Shown here: positions 27,890-40,584 of the stretch, one piece after another
Layout: every line of letters starts with the position of its first letter
Numbering within the stretch: position 1 is the first letter of the stretch
NCBI GenBank assembly: GCA_951406725.2
Contig: OX597827.1
Location: 24,366,001-24,430,000, forward strand
Length of the DNA stretch: 64,000 nt
Source of the DNA: Octopus vulgaris
Lineage: Eukaryota
Direction: 5' to 3'
Program-made: the position numbers and the translations under genes
The notes under the pieces: generated by a model
The model's database searches: none
What the model saw: only the letters and a program-made list of their open reading frames with translations
What the model was told of the DNA's origin: nothing

Positions 27890-28108
27890 ATCCCTTAGCA
27901 GAGTACTTTATTGCATGTAATGCTTATTAATACACATTGTTTCAGTTAATCCTGCATTATCTCATAGCTTTGAGATTTTGATGAGGTGAGTGGTTATTTT
28001 TAGAATGACAGTGTAGGGTAGGTGTGAGAAACCCGATCTGGCCAGTTTGGATATAAAATGGCTAGAATATTCGGGCCGGATATGGCAGGTTTAAATGCTG
28101 AAGGATTA
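27890..28108. mobile_element. piggyBac-type MITE (second family)
   Basis: ttaatcccttagca...tgctgaaggattaa; reverse-oriented relative of 3452-3662. Confidence 0.65.
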
Positions 28109-28962
28109 ATGTATCATTTTAATTTAATACATAAGGCCAGGTGGGGAGCTGACAGAATTGTTAGCACATCTGGCAAAATGCTCAGTGGGATTTCACCCGT
28201 ATTTACATCCTGAATTCAAATACTCCAGGGATCAACTGACTTCCATCCTTTCAGAGTTGAGAAAAGTACCAGTTGAACATTGGGGTGGATATAACTGACT
28301 TAGCATGTCCCCTGAAATAGCTGGCCTTGTGCCTAAATTCAAAAGCAATTTAGGCAGAAAGCTTGCAGTTTATAGGGGCAGGGTTAGTTGATATCATTGT
28401 CTAACCCCACCCTTCAAATTTCTGCAACTTAATTCTTAGCCAGAATCAGCAAAACTTATGTATGTGAGAAGGCTGTACCTTTTGAATCACAGATACAACC
28501 CACCTGTTGGGCTTCAGTACAGTTTCTGTCTACCCTTGCAGGCCACACCTCAGCATTGCTGCACACAATTAATTGAAACCACTAAAATATATGATGATGA
28601 TGATGACCATCATCATATGGTGTGCTGGTGCCACATAAAAAGCAATCAAGCTTGTGTCACATATACAGCATCCCCCAATGGTGTCACATGTAAAGCATTG
28701 GTGCTGGTGCCATATAAAAAGCACCCAACACTCTCCGTAAAGTGGTTGGCATTAGGAAGGGCATCAAGCTGTTGAAACCAGGCCAGAAATGGAACCTGGT
28801 GTGGCTCCTGGCCTTGCCAGCTTCTGTCAGAACATCCAACCTATACCAGCATGGAAAACAAACATTAAATCATGATGATGATGATGATGATGATTATGGT
28901 GTGTTCTGTTATTTTCCTGTCAGCTATAGTATATCTTATATGCTATGATTTTCACTTCTCAC

Positions 28963-29104
28963 CTGTACGGCAGCTAGGGCTTTGTTTGTATTTCTCAGAC
29001 ATGCAAATTAAAACAACAGCAGCGTTTTCTATACCACTAGCCATGGCTTGTAAGTTCGAAGGCCCCATACAGTCAACATCTATCCATAACTGGTAACCTT
29101 CTTC
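28963..29104 (-). CDS. Exon A of TIR-SAM gene (TIR domain, first part)
   Basis: Acceptor cttctcttttctttcag, donor CAG|gtgaga, 142 nt, phase 0 to 1. Encodes EEGYQLWIDVDCMGPSNLQAMASGIENAAVVLICMSEKYKQSPSCRT, a TIR_2 signature (G-Y-x-x-W-I-D; M-A-x-x-I-E-x-A-x-V-V-L-I-C-M-S-x-x-Y-x-x-S-x-x-C-R-x-E). Confidence 0.93.
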
Positions 29105-29564
29105 CTGAAAGAAAAGAGAAGTTAGAATATCAAGAAATACATTGACTGATTATGTACGTTAGAATCTTCTGACTTTCATCTAGAATCGTAGCAGACTTCT
29201 TGGTGTTACCATAAAGCATTTAAAAACAATTTCCCCCTCTTTGCAAAGAATGGTTTTTCTTGAAACTTCAATATTCTTGTCTCCCCATGGTAGCTGAACA
29301 TAATCCAGCCAGTGTTCAGCTGACATTAGTGAAGCACATATTGTCACAAATATTCAGGTTGTGCGATCACAAATTCCTCCTTTGTTCTCACCGGTGCCAG
29401 AAATACTAAACCTGATCATGGTGCACTCTCTTTCAGTCCTAAGTGACGTGTAGCTGTATGCATATTCCATACAACAGGTGTATATATATGTGTGTGTGTA
29501 TGTGTGTGTATATATGTGTGTGTATGTGTGTATATGTATATATATATTTATATATATATATATA

Positions 29565-29860
29565 GTGAGAATTTACAAAATACAAAAGACGAAGACGGAT
29601 GTGTAAACAACAAACAGATGTATTAGTTTAACGTTCAAGAAGTGAGAAAGTCTTTTACGTTTCGAGCCTACGCTCTTCCACAGAAAGGAACACAGAAATA
29701 AAGGGGGAGAGAAAATATAAAAGGTTTAGTGGCTATCGATCTATCATGGTGAATGCCGGACAGAGGAGTCACACAGGAGAGCTAGGAAAAAGGGGAGATA
29801 ATAAAGTGGTGGTGATCCCAAAACGAAGGTGTGCGTGCGTGTGTATGTGAGAGCATGTAT
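29565..29860 (-). mobile_element. Short Penelope-type repeat with variant hammerhead core
   Basis: Minus strand cttt-CTGTGGA-a-gagc(gtag)gctc-GAAA-cg-TA-aaag. Part of it recurs inverted at 31243-31342 and 32935-33034. Confidence 0.55.
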
Positions 29861-30106
29861 GTGCATGTGGATGGGGCTGGTGACCTTGACCTATGTATGT
29901 ATAAGAGAAATGGAGACAAAAGCACAAGATGTTATTTAAGTCACTTATATCACTGTCATCTATGTTTTGTGGATACATTAAAATTAATTTGGGAAGAAAA
30001 ATAAGGTGGAATAATATCTTAAAGTGCTTTTGTGACATTTTGTTACTCTGGTAACTATTTCTCTGGATCTTTCCTTGAAAATTTAACACACACACACACA
30101 CACAGA

Positions 30107-30148
<42 letters not shown>

Positions 30149-30351
30149 AGTAATTGAATGAATTATCTTATTAAGGATGATTCGAAAGATAACCGATACC
30201 TGGGTAGCAAATTCACATCAGAAAGAACACGGTTGAAGCTAAGTCCCTAGGGCATAGACTACGTGTCTTTGTGCGGAAATTTGTATGTTTATTTTAAAAT
30301 TATAAGTATATGAAAGAATGGAGTTGAACGACTAGTTAACAAATATCCTTT

Positions 30352-30436
30352 ATTCTCGACATATGTTTCGAAGGCTGCATATTCCTAATTCCGAAGGAAT
30401 AAGGAGTACATTATGCAGATTTCTCATCAGGAAAAT
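30352..30436 (-). ncRNA. Type I hammerhead motif, inverted copy
   Basis: Near-exact reverse complement of 30844-30928 with intact core. Confidence 0.75.
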
Positions 30437-30843
30437 CAAGGAACTTATGTCGACATCAAAATGCACAAAAAACCTTTAGCTGACCGCTCTCAAGGAGCCC
30501 ATGGCGATAATGAGTGTCTCTTTATAATGAGTGACCTCAGAGTGGCTGAATGTAGAAGAATCTAGAAGTTTCTAAAAGTTCAAGAGTTCAAACGAAGTAG
30601 GAGGAGGGAGGCATAAGAATAGTAAGGTGAGAGAGTGCAGGTCAAAAGAATGGTGGGTTTAAATGATTTCTTTTGTGAATGAGTGCCTGTGTATGTGACT
30701 GTATATAACTGTCTTAATGTGTGTATGTGTGTGTCTGAATGCGTGATTGTGTTTGTGGATGGCTAGATGTCAGAAAACTGACAGCTGTGAGGTGAAAGGT
30801 CTAAAAGTTTTTTGTGCATTTTGAAGTCGACATAAGTTCCTTG

Positions 30844-30928
30844 ATTTTCCTGATGAGAAATCTGCATAATGTACTCCTTATTCCTTCGGAATTAGGAATA
30901 TGCAACCTTCGAAACATATGTCGAGAAT
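30844..30928 (+). ncRNA. Type I hammerhead ribozyme motif (Penelope-like terminal repeat)
   Basis: attttc-CTGATGA-gaa..tgcata..tatgca..ttc-GAAA-catatg-TC-gagaat. Palindromic stem III ACATATGT; predicted cleavage after C30922. Confidence 0.75.
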
Positions 30929-30973
30929 AAAGGATATTTGTTAACTAGTCGTTCAACTCCATTCTTTCATATA

Positions 30974-31029
<56 letters not shown>

Positions 31030-32012
31030 CGAGGTCTGATCAATAAATATCTAGATGGTTGCTATAGTAACAAAGCTAAAGCACACAGAGTAAAGCCACT
31101 TGGCAGAGATTGACCTTGAACTCCTGCTGTGCATGCAAACTAAGTCTTGACATTCTAGCTCACTTCTGTTGTACACAGCAGTGCTTGGAAGGAAGGTGTG
31201 TAACGTGTGATCATCACATTGACCATGACAGAGAAAGTTGTCGTTTTGGGATTACCACTACTTTATTATCTCTCCTTTTTTCTAGTTCTCCTGTGTGACT
31301 CCTCTGTCCGGCATTCGCCATGATAGATTGCTAGCCACTAAAAGAGGTCTGCACAAAGTTGCAGAGAGTGTATGGAGAGGAGTGTATGAGTTGCACACAA
31401 GTGTACGAGTAGTTGAAACGTTTCCAAGATGGACCCCAAAAAATGTTGATATTAATGAACACTCTGGGAGACTGGCAACCAGCAGTAATGAAAAAAAACA
31501 TCACAGATGTGCATGCAGCTGTGAGAGGAAATCATCAAATCACCATCCTTGAGTTATCAGAGGATGTGCAGATTAGTTACGGTTCAGTTCAGTCCATTAT
31601 CACTGAAGATTTGGGTATGAGTCGTGTGTCTGCCAAGTTTCTGCCAAGACTGCTTTCAGCTGACCAAAAAAACACTCAGATTTCAGTTGCACAAGATCTC
31701 CTTGATTGCGTCAAGAATGATGAAAACTTTTCGATAGCTTTGCGTAGGCCTCTGAGCAGGTATCGCCAAGCTTTTGGCAAAATTCAATGCAGATTCTCTG
31801 CTCAACTTTCTCTGTCATGGTCAATGTGATGATCATACGCTACACACCTTCCTTCCAATCACTGCTGTAAACAGCAAAAGTGAAATAGAATATTAAAACT
31901 TAGTGCACATGTACTTTAGAGTTTAAGGTCATTCTTTGCCAAGTGGATTCACACTGCATGCTTTAGCTTCATTACTATGGCAACAGTCCGGATACTTATT
32001 GATCAGACCTCA
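31030..32012 (+). mobile_element. Non-autonomous mariner derivative with long (~210 bp) TIRs
   Basis: TA-CGAGGTCTGATCAATAA...TTATTGATCAGACCTCA-TA; HTH remnant ITILELSEDVQISYGSVQSIITEDLGMSRVSAKFLPRLLS. Confidence 0.88.
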
Positions 32013-32531
32013 TATATATAGTCCACTCTGCTGAGTGGTTGGTGTTAGGAAGGGCATCCAGCTGTAGAAATCCAGCCAAAACAGTCACAGAAGTCTGGTA
32101 CAGGCTTCTGCCTGGCTGCCTCCTGTCAAACTGTCCCACCCATGCCAGCTTGGAAGGCAGACATTAAACGATGATGATGACAATGACACACAATTACTAC
32201 TATTCATTCTTGCTTTGCCTCTCACCTCGCCTGATTCTTTCTCCCTTTTGCTATCTACTTTCCTTTCTCTACAGTAAACATAATCAAACACACAGACATA
32301 GACCTTTCACCTCACAGCTATCAGTTTTCTGACATCTAGCCATCCACAAACACAATCACGCATTCAGACACACACATACACACATTAAGACAGTTATATA
32401 CAGTCACACACACAGGCACTCATTCAAAAGAAATCATTTAAACCCACCATTCTTTTGACCTGCACTCTCTCACCTTACTATTTTTGTGCACTTCGTTTGA
32501 ACTTTTGAAGTCGACATAAGTTCTCATTATG

Positions 32532-32616
32532 ATTTTCCTGATGAGAAATCTGCATAATGTACTCCTTATTCCTTCGGAATTAGGAATATGCAACCTTCGA
32601 AACATATGTCGAGAAT
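32532..32616 (+). ncRNA. Type I hammerhead motif, duplicated copy
   Basis: Same sequence as 30844-30928, inside the tandem duplication. Confidence 0.7.
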
Positions 32617-32661
32617 AAAGGATATTTGTTAACTAGTCGTTCAACTCCATTCTTTCATATA

Positions 32662-32721
<60 letters not shown>

Positions 32722-33704
32722 CGAGGTCTGATCAATAAATATCTAGATGGTTGCTATAGTAACAAAGCTAAAGCACACAGAGTAAAGCCACTTGGCAGAG
32801 ATTGACCTTGAACTCCTGCTGTGCATGCAAACTAAGTCTTGACATTCTAGCTCACTTCTGTTGTACACAGCAGTGCTTGGAAGGAAGGTGTGTAACGTGT
32901 GATCATCACATTGACCATGACAGAGAAAGTTGTCGTTTTGGGATTACCACTACTTTATTATCTCTCCTTTTTTCTAGTTCTCCTGTGTGACTCCTCTGTC
33001 CGGCATTCGCCATGATAGATTGCTAGCCACTAAAAGAGGTCTGCACAAAGTTGCAGAGAGTGTATGGAGAGGAGTGTATGAGTTGCACACAAGTGTACGA
33101 GTAGTTGAAACGTTTCCAAGATGGACCCCAAAAAATGTTGATATTAATGAACACTCTGGGAGACTGGCAACCAGCAGTAATGAAAAAAAACATCACAGAT
33201 GTGCATGCAGCTGTGAGAGGAAATCATCAAATCACCATCCTTGAGTTATCAGAGGATGTGCAGATTAGTTACGGTTCAGTTCAGTCCATTATCACTGAAG
33301 ATTTGGGTATGAGTCGTGTGTCTGCCAAGTTTCTGCCAAGACTGCTTTCAGCTGACCAAAAAAACACTCAGATTTCAGTTGCACAAGATCTCCTTGATTG
33401 CGTCAAGAATGATGAAAACTTTTCGATAGCTTTGCGTAGGCCTCTGAGCAGGTATCGCCAAGCTTTTGGCAAAATTCAATGCAGATTCTCTGCTCAACTT
33501 TCTCTGTCATGGTCAATGTGATGATCATACGCTACACACCTTCCTTCCAATCACTGCTGTAAACAGCAAAAGTGAAATAGAATATTAAAACTTAGTGCAC
33601 ATGTACTTTAGAGTTTAAGGTCATTCTTTGCCAAGTGGATTCACACTGCATGCTTTAGCTTCATTACTATGGCAACAGTCCGGATACTTATTGATCAGAC
33701 CTCA
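32722..33704 (+). mobile_element. Duplicate of mariner derivative
   Basis: Matches 31030-32012 at an offset of 1692; the ORF translations are identical. Confidence 0.88.
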
Positions 33705-33894
33705 TATATATAGTCCACTCTGCTGAGTGGTTGGTGTTAGGAAGGGCATCCAGCTGTAGAAATCCAGCCAAAACAGTCACAGAAGTCTGGTACAGGCTTC
33801 TGCCTGGCTGCCTCCTGTCAAACTGTCCCACCCATGCCAGCTTGGAAGGCAGACATTAAACGATGATGATGACAATGACACACACACACACACA

Positions 33895-34343
33895 TATACT
33901 CTTTTACTTGTTTCAGTCATTTGACTGGCCATTCTGGAGCACCACCTTTAGTCAAGCAAATCGACCCCAGGACTTATTCTTTGGGAGCCGAATACTTATT
34001 TTATTGGTCTCTTTTGCCAAACCGCTGTCAAGCGATGTTGGGGGGGGGGGCAAACACAGACACACACATACATATATATATATATATACATATATACATA
34101 TATACATATATATATACATATATACGACAGGCTTCACAAGGCTTTGGTCGGCCCGAGGCTATAGTAGAAGACACTTGCCTAAGGTGCCACACAATGGGAC
34201 TGAACCTGGAACCATGTGATTGGTAAGCAAGCTACTTACCACACAGCCACTCCTGTGCCTATAAAAAAATGATGAACAACCTTAATTGATTTTTGAACCT
34301 TATTGGGTTCTTGTCAGAGGAGTCTGCATCATTCTGAGTCTCC

Positions 34344-34375
<32 letters not shown>

Positions 34376-34630
34376 ATGTGTGTATATATATATTCTTTTC
34401 TTTTATTCTTTTATTTGTTTCAGTCATTTGACTGCGGCCATGCTGGAGCACCGCCTTTAGTTGAGCAAATCGACCCCAGGACTTATTCTTTGTAAGCCTA
34501 GTACTTATTCTATCAGTCTCTCTTGCTGAACCGCTAAGTGACGGGGACATAAACACCACAGCATCGGTTGTCAAGCGATGTTGGCGGGACAAACACAGGC
34601 ACACAAAAATATACATACATATATACATAT
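33895..34630 (-). mobile_element. SINE family A copies
   Basis: 33895-34262 near full length, 34392-34630 3' half. Confidence 0.85.
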
Positions 34631-37296
34631 ATACATAAAATGAAATGAAAACACAACACGGGGTGCTTTATTCTTCAGTCAAACAATGAGAGACAAAATG
34701 ATTTTATATATATACATATATATATATACACATACATACATACATATATATTGCATAATCATAGTTTATGATGTGCATAGGTAGGACTCCATAAATAATA
34801 ATATAGATAAAATAATTCCTGTCTGCCATATGAAGTATAAAATAGGTTTGTTTGCTTGTCCTTTTTCTTTCTTTTCTTATTATTAGTAGCTCGTGTCTTA
34901 ATGCTCTGTACATTAAACAATATTTCTCACATGATGGAGTACTTCTTTTGTTGATCTTATCTTTACATTTTACTTGTTTCAGTCATTTGACTGTGGCCAT
35001 GCTGTATAATTTATTTTTGAAAAACATAGTGTAGAAGTGCTCAAGTCGAACCCGAAGTGCTAGACAAGTATAATAGATACAATAGAAAAGGCTTAAATCC
35101 GGCAGACTATGATTAACACATAGATATATGGGTTGCATTAGGATAAAATAAGAATTGTCCAATGTGAAACATATATTGATATATTAGAAGTATAAAAATA
35201 TATGAATACTAAGAATATACGTGGACATCTAGTTATATAGATATGTAAGCATAGTAATAACAGAAAATAGATAAAAATAATAATGGAATATAGAAAACTC
35301 AAATAATAATAATGGAATATAAAAAAAGACGTTTTTAAAAATTCAAAATATGATATAGAGACAGCAATAGGCATGAAAAAAAGTTTTGGGTAACAGGTTG
35401 GAGGAAAATAAGGTGTTCTGAAGATCATTTCAGGGGTACATTTGTCCAGATTACATATGAATCTTAAGAACCATTTCCACAGAATGCCTCCATCATCATA
35501 TGCACACAAACACACAGATACACATATAAACATATATATATACAGGCACATATATACATATCTATCTATGTCCCTGTGACTTAGGGGTTCAGCAAAAGAG
35601 ATCGATAGAATAAGTACCAGGCTTAAATAAAAAAAGGAAGTAAGTACTGGGTAACGGGGTCGAGTTGTTCAACTAAAACACTCCTCAAAGCAGTGCCCCA
35701 GCATGGCCGCAGTCCAATGACTGAAACAAGTCGGGTATGAAAGTTAAAAGACATGCCCATATATACCTGTCACTTCACCTTAACATATATACACCTATAT
35801 AGATGTTCTTATCAAGGGTGAAATTATTTGAAGGTGAATGAGCTAGTTGTGTTGTTGCATATATTTATCTATATCTGTCTATCTGTCTCTCTCTCTCTCT
35901 GTATATATATACATTAAGAAAACTGTAAATGGAGAAGTAAAATTTAAAGAAACAAAATTTTCATAAATTTTGATTCTTGATAAACTCATGTTTATCTTTG
36001 TCTTTAGCTATAATTTTATGAGCATAATATGTTTGCATATGTATGCCCATGGTTAAACATAGGTAATATATCAGCAGTGTAATGGATACTTCTATTTTAA
36101 CCTCTAACTTAACTAAGCTATATATATATATATAGGTTAGTTGTTGCGTTTTCTCTTTGTTCATGTTGGGATTAACCATATATGCATATCATCATCATCA
36201 TCATCGTTTAACGTCCGCTTTCCATTCTAGCATGGGTTGGGCGATTTTGACTGAGAGCTGGTGCCAGTAAGGCGACACTGGTAATGATCATGCTTGAATG
36301 GTGCCTTTTACGTGCCACCAGCACGAAAGCTAGTTAGCCGCTCTGGCAACAATCACGCTCGGATGATGCTCTTAGCACTCTACTAGCATGGGCACAGGTG
36401 CCAGTAAGGCGACGCTGGTAACAATCGCACTCGAATGGTGCCTTGTATGTGGCACTGGCACGGAAGCCGGTTAGCCGCTGTCAACGATCACACTCGTATG
36501 GTGTACAAATATGTAGGTATATATGCTCTTTGTTCATCTTTGGTGCACATTGCTAGTGAAGCAACCATGCTTACACTGTAAAGCCAGAAAGGAAAATTAC
36601 ACGATCAGGCTCAAACTTTGATCACAATAGTACTAATTGTAAGCATGTGTGAACAGAAGGCAGTGTGTCAATAATAAAGATATGTTATGGTGAAAGTACT
36701 GATAATTTTTGACTTCCCATTGTAGATGTAACATTCAACAATGAACAGCAGAAAGCAGATAATGATGTGTTGAAACAATTGTAATGATATGTTATAAAGC
36801 TTGTTCAATCCATCTTCTCATATCAATAACTTTTATATACATACATATACATATACATGGTTGCCAAGCAAGTTTCTTAACCAGGGAGCATGCCATTGCA
36901 TATATGCATATATGTATATTAATTAGAAGGATGCTAAACAGTAATGAGTGAAATAATGCTGTGTACCTTTATATTTAACATATTCATGTATACGTACATC
37001 TGGAGAGACCTTCCTACACATTGTCTATAAGGAGAGAAATTCTCATTATAGGGAATGTGTATGAAAATACACTGCTCTGGGCTATGAATGATGTCACTTG
37101 ACAGTAGGAGATGTATCTCTGCATAGCTATGTATCTCTGCATAGCTATGTTTTATCAGCTACAGACAAGAAATCATTATCCATAGCCCATTCCTATATTG
37201 AAATAACAAAAAATAAACTTGCTGGAGTGTGCAAATCTTTGTCAAGCTGGAATTAATTAAGAGAGGCAACAAGCATCAATATTAAAATCAAGTCAA

Positions 37297-37500
37297 AGTG
37301 GGGAGCTGACGGAATTATTAGCACGTCAGGCAAAATGTTTAGCGGCATTTCATCCATCTTTACATTCTGAGTTCAAATTCTGTTGAGGTCGACTTTGCCT
37401 TTCAAGGTCAGTAAAAAAGTACCAGTTGAGTACAGGGGTTGATGTAATCAACTTAGCCTATCCCTGAAACTGTTGGCCTCATGCCAAACTTGGAAACCAA
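37297..37500 (+). mobile_element. tRNA-derived SINE family C
   Basis: gagctgacggaattattagcacg..gagttcaaattc..gaggtcgactttgcctttc; relatives at about 7400-7590 and 28140-28350. Confidence 0.7.
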
Positions 37501-38385
37501 TATTAAAATCAAATGGTGTCCCGTTGTATTTAACATGTTTGTGTATGCTCAGAAACTCAGAAAGTATATATATGACAAGCTTCTTTCAGTTTCCATCAAC
37601 AAAATTCATTTACAAGACTTTGGTTAGTGCAGGGTTATAATTGTAAACATTTCCCAGGGGGTGTTATCTAGGATTTTATTTGGGTGTTGCCCAAAAGATT
37701 GAAAAAAATTATTCCAGTAAGAGTCAACTCCCTTTTCCTTGACTATTGCCCAAAAATCCTTGGTCTCCTTGGCTGTGCAGTGGAAGTGAACCTGAAAACT
37801 GCATGACAAGGAAGCAAATTTATTAACCACACAACCATATCCATGTCTTAGCTGTCAGAAACTAAAGCTTTATCCCAACATATCTAGAAATAAAATTCCA
37901 TTTCTTTGATCATTACAGACTTAATTCTAAACTGACTTTGTTTGGTGTACATTTTATGAAAGTCGACTCCTGCCTCTTTTTAGCTGTTAATAATTCATCC
38001 ATTGTTCTGTTACACAACTAAAAATAGTTGTAATGTGATAGCTTACACTATAAAAAAAAACAATGATGTATATTGGATAACAAGCAATGAACTGACGGAC
38101 AGATGTCTGGGTGGTATCTGGTGACACAGAGTAAAATACCATTGTTGGAAAAATTTCTGAAATGTGAGAATTTTGGGTGAAAAGAATTAAGGTGAGAAAA
38201 GATGAGAGATGCCGGAATTTTCAGTACAATGCCAGAAGTTTGTATGTGTATGCGTGTGAATATCCATCCATCCATCCACCCATCTCTGTCTAGCTAGCTA
38301 GCTATGCATTTATCTATCTGATATAAATATTGGTTACTTATTTACAATATTTACATTTGACGGATTTTTGTTCTCTCTTGTATAG

Positions 38386-38467
38386 TTCTGCAAATTATAT
38401 TTTCTATGACGGTTGCACTGAAGATTTGCAGACATTTACGTTTGTAAATGGTAACAACGAAACTAAG
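38386..38467 (+). CDS. Candidate exon of unidentified plus-strand gene
   Basis: ttttgttctctcttgtatag|...AAG|gtatgt; phase 2 to 0: SANYIFYDGCTEDLQTFTFVNGNNETK. Confidence 0.35.
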
Positions 38468-38739
38468 GTATGTGACTAATCATTATATTTTGTATCTTTT
38501 CATTTGTCTTGCTCGCTTTACGTTCTGGCATTTGCCAAATTTTCTTGAGAGCAATTTTCCTTACTGGTCAGACCATATGGGGTCTACCTTTAGCATATTA
38601 GGAATCCCCCTAGTGGTCAGTCCTCTTAAATCTATGTAATATAATTTTCTGAATCTTCAGATTTTTACAATAGGCTAGGCCACTGGTTTAAATTGATATT
38701 AATCTAATAGCAATTTTTACCCTTATTATTTAAATTTAT

Positions 38740-38767
<28 letters not shown>

Positions 38768-38770
<3 letters not shown>

Positions 38771-38952
38771 TATAAATTAGAAAAAACCTACCTTCTATCA
38801 ATTCAATAATGAAAAATTAAATTATACCATCTAGAAAATTACATATAGAAAGATTAAATATAAGATAAAACATATAACGATGATTAAGCAATGTGCAAAA
38901 TAATAAATAATAAATTGATAGAAGGTGGTTTTTTTTTCTAATTTATATATAT
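38768..38952. repeat. Inverted repeat, ~45-bp arms
   Basis: tatataaattagaaaaaacctaccttctatcaatt versus aattgatagaaggtggttttttttctaatttatata. Confidence 0.65.
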
Positions 38953-39404
38953 ATATTATATTTTGTGAAATTTGATTTAGTATTTCTAAATTGAATTTTT
39001 CTCTGTAAGTTTGGAATAATATTTTACGTGGCACAAGCACAGGGGGAGGTCAGTTTTGGCAAGGTTTTTACAGCTGGATGCCCTTCCAAATGCCAACCAC
39101 TTTGCAGTGTGGACTGGATGCTTTTAAGTGGCACCTGCACTAACAGGGTCACCAAGTACTTGCAAAACAACAAAAAAAAACCCCTCTTCTGAGAGGGCAG
39201 GGGGTATTGGAGGAGGTGATCGTGGTTGAGTGATGAAAGGTTATAGCGAGACAGAGAAACAGAAACGGGTGTCTTGCGGTAGAAGAGGTACAAGTTTACC
39301 AGGCCGGGGAGAGAGGGGGGGCAGAGATCAGGAATGAAGACAGAAACAGGTGTGTTGCCACAAAGGATATACATGGTTACCTAGCCTGAGGGAAGTGCAA
39401 GAGA

Positions 39405-39438
<34 letters not shown>

Positions 39439-39699
39439 CAGTAGAATAGAGATGGTAGCAAAGTGCTGGGCATATGCTACGATATGATGAGACAGGGCAT
39501 GGGTGTAACACGCAGGTCAGAAGCTAGCGGATAGCAATGATACAGGGCCAAGAGTACAGAATTGGGGAGTGGGATGGAAGCCTGGTGCATGGAGGGGAAA
39601 TGTGAGGTGGTTTGGTTTGTTGTAGAAGAGGGTGAGAGAAATTTTCCTGTTAATTGTGGGTGGGACACACAGTGCTTCTAGAGCTCAGTTTCGCTCACA

Positions 39700-40143
39700 T
39701 GGACAGGCTTCTTTCAGTTTCCATTTACCAAATCCACTCACAAGGCTTTGGTAAGTCTGAGGCTATAGGTAGAAGATACTTGCCCAAGGTATCATGCAGT
39801 GGGATGGAACACAGAACCATGTGGTTGGGAAGTAAACTTCTTTATTTTATTAAATTTGCCATAAAGGCAGTACATAGAGTAAGGTAGCTTGCGGGCTGGA
39901 CATGGACATTGGTTTATGTATATCACTGTTTGAGTTGCCTAATAGTGGTTTTATCTCTAATTTGATTTATATATATATATATGATGGGCTTCTTTCAGTT
40001 TCTGTCTGCCTAATCCACTCACAAGGCTTTGATCAGCCTGAGGCTATAGTAGAAGACAGTTGCCCAAGGTGTCACGTGGTGGGACTGAACCTGGAACTTC
40101 ATGGTTGGGAAGTAAGCTTCTTACCACGCAGCCACCTGCGCCT
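39700..40143 (-). mobile_element. Two SINE family A 5' halves
   Basis: 39700-39840 and 39980-40143. Confidence 0.8.
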
Positions 40144-40584
40144 ACTGTGAATACAATCTGTACGGAGAGTACTAAAAATAGGCAAGATTTTTCTCAGCTT
40201 CAACAGGTTGTGTTATGTTTGTTATTTATATTCCAAAAATAGAGCATTGTATCTTTGTTAGAAATCAACTTCTTCCGAGAGGAAGAAATCAAATGATTAA
40301 AAATAGGTAAGAATATGTATCCGTTATTGTTTAATGTTTGCATTCCATGCCGACACGTAAGTACATCTGTATACCCATCAATCCATCCAGCCATTCAGCC
40401 ATACATACATACATACAAACACGTGTTTGTGTGTGTGTATCAAAAGTTGCTGATCTTTGTTGCATTTTGCCCTTAATTGAGGGTAAATCAGAGTTGACTA
40501 TCGACTCCCAGTAGAGTAAACATAGTCATTCCCTCAATCCTGTGTATTCAATTTACATCAAAACCACAAAATATGTTGCTACAC

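Larger units (their letters stand above)
30145..30980. mobile_element. Penelope-like non-autonomous element with ~180-bp inverted hammerhead-bearing repeats
   Basis: About 30300-30478 is the reverse complement of about 30805-30980; flanked by (TA)n on both sides. Confidence 0.65.
30820..33880 (+). repeat. Near-identical direct duplication (~30820-32190 and ~32505-33880)
   Basis: Hammerhead repeat, (TA)n, mariner derivative and SINE B all recur at an offset of about 1692. Confidence 0.9.

Noticed and set aside
29205-29312. Minus-strand GWIMFSYH as the missing TIR beta-A exon
   Set aside because: The only good donor is phase 2 (phase 0 needed), the frame stops, and the spacing to GYQLW does not fit.
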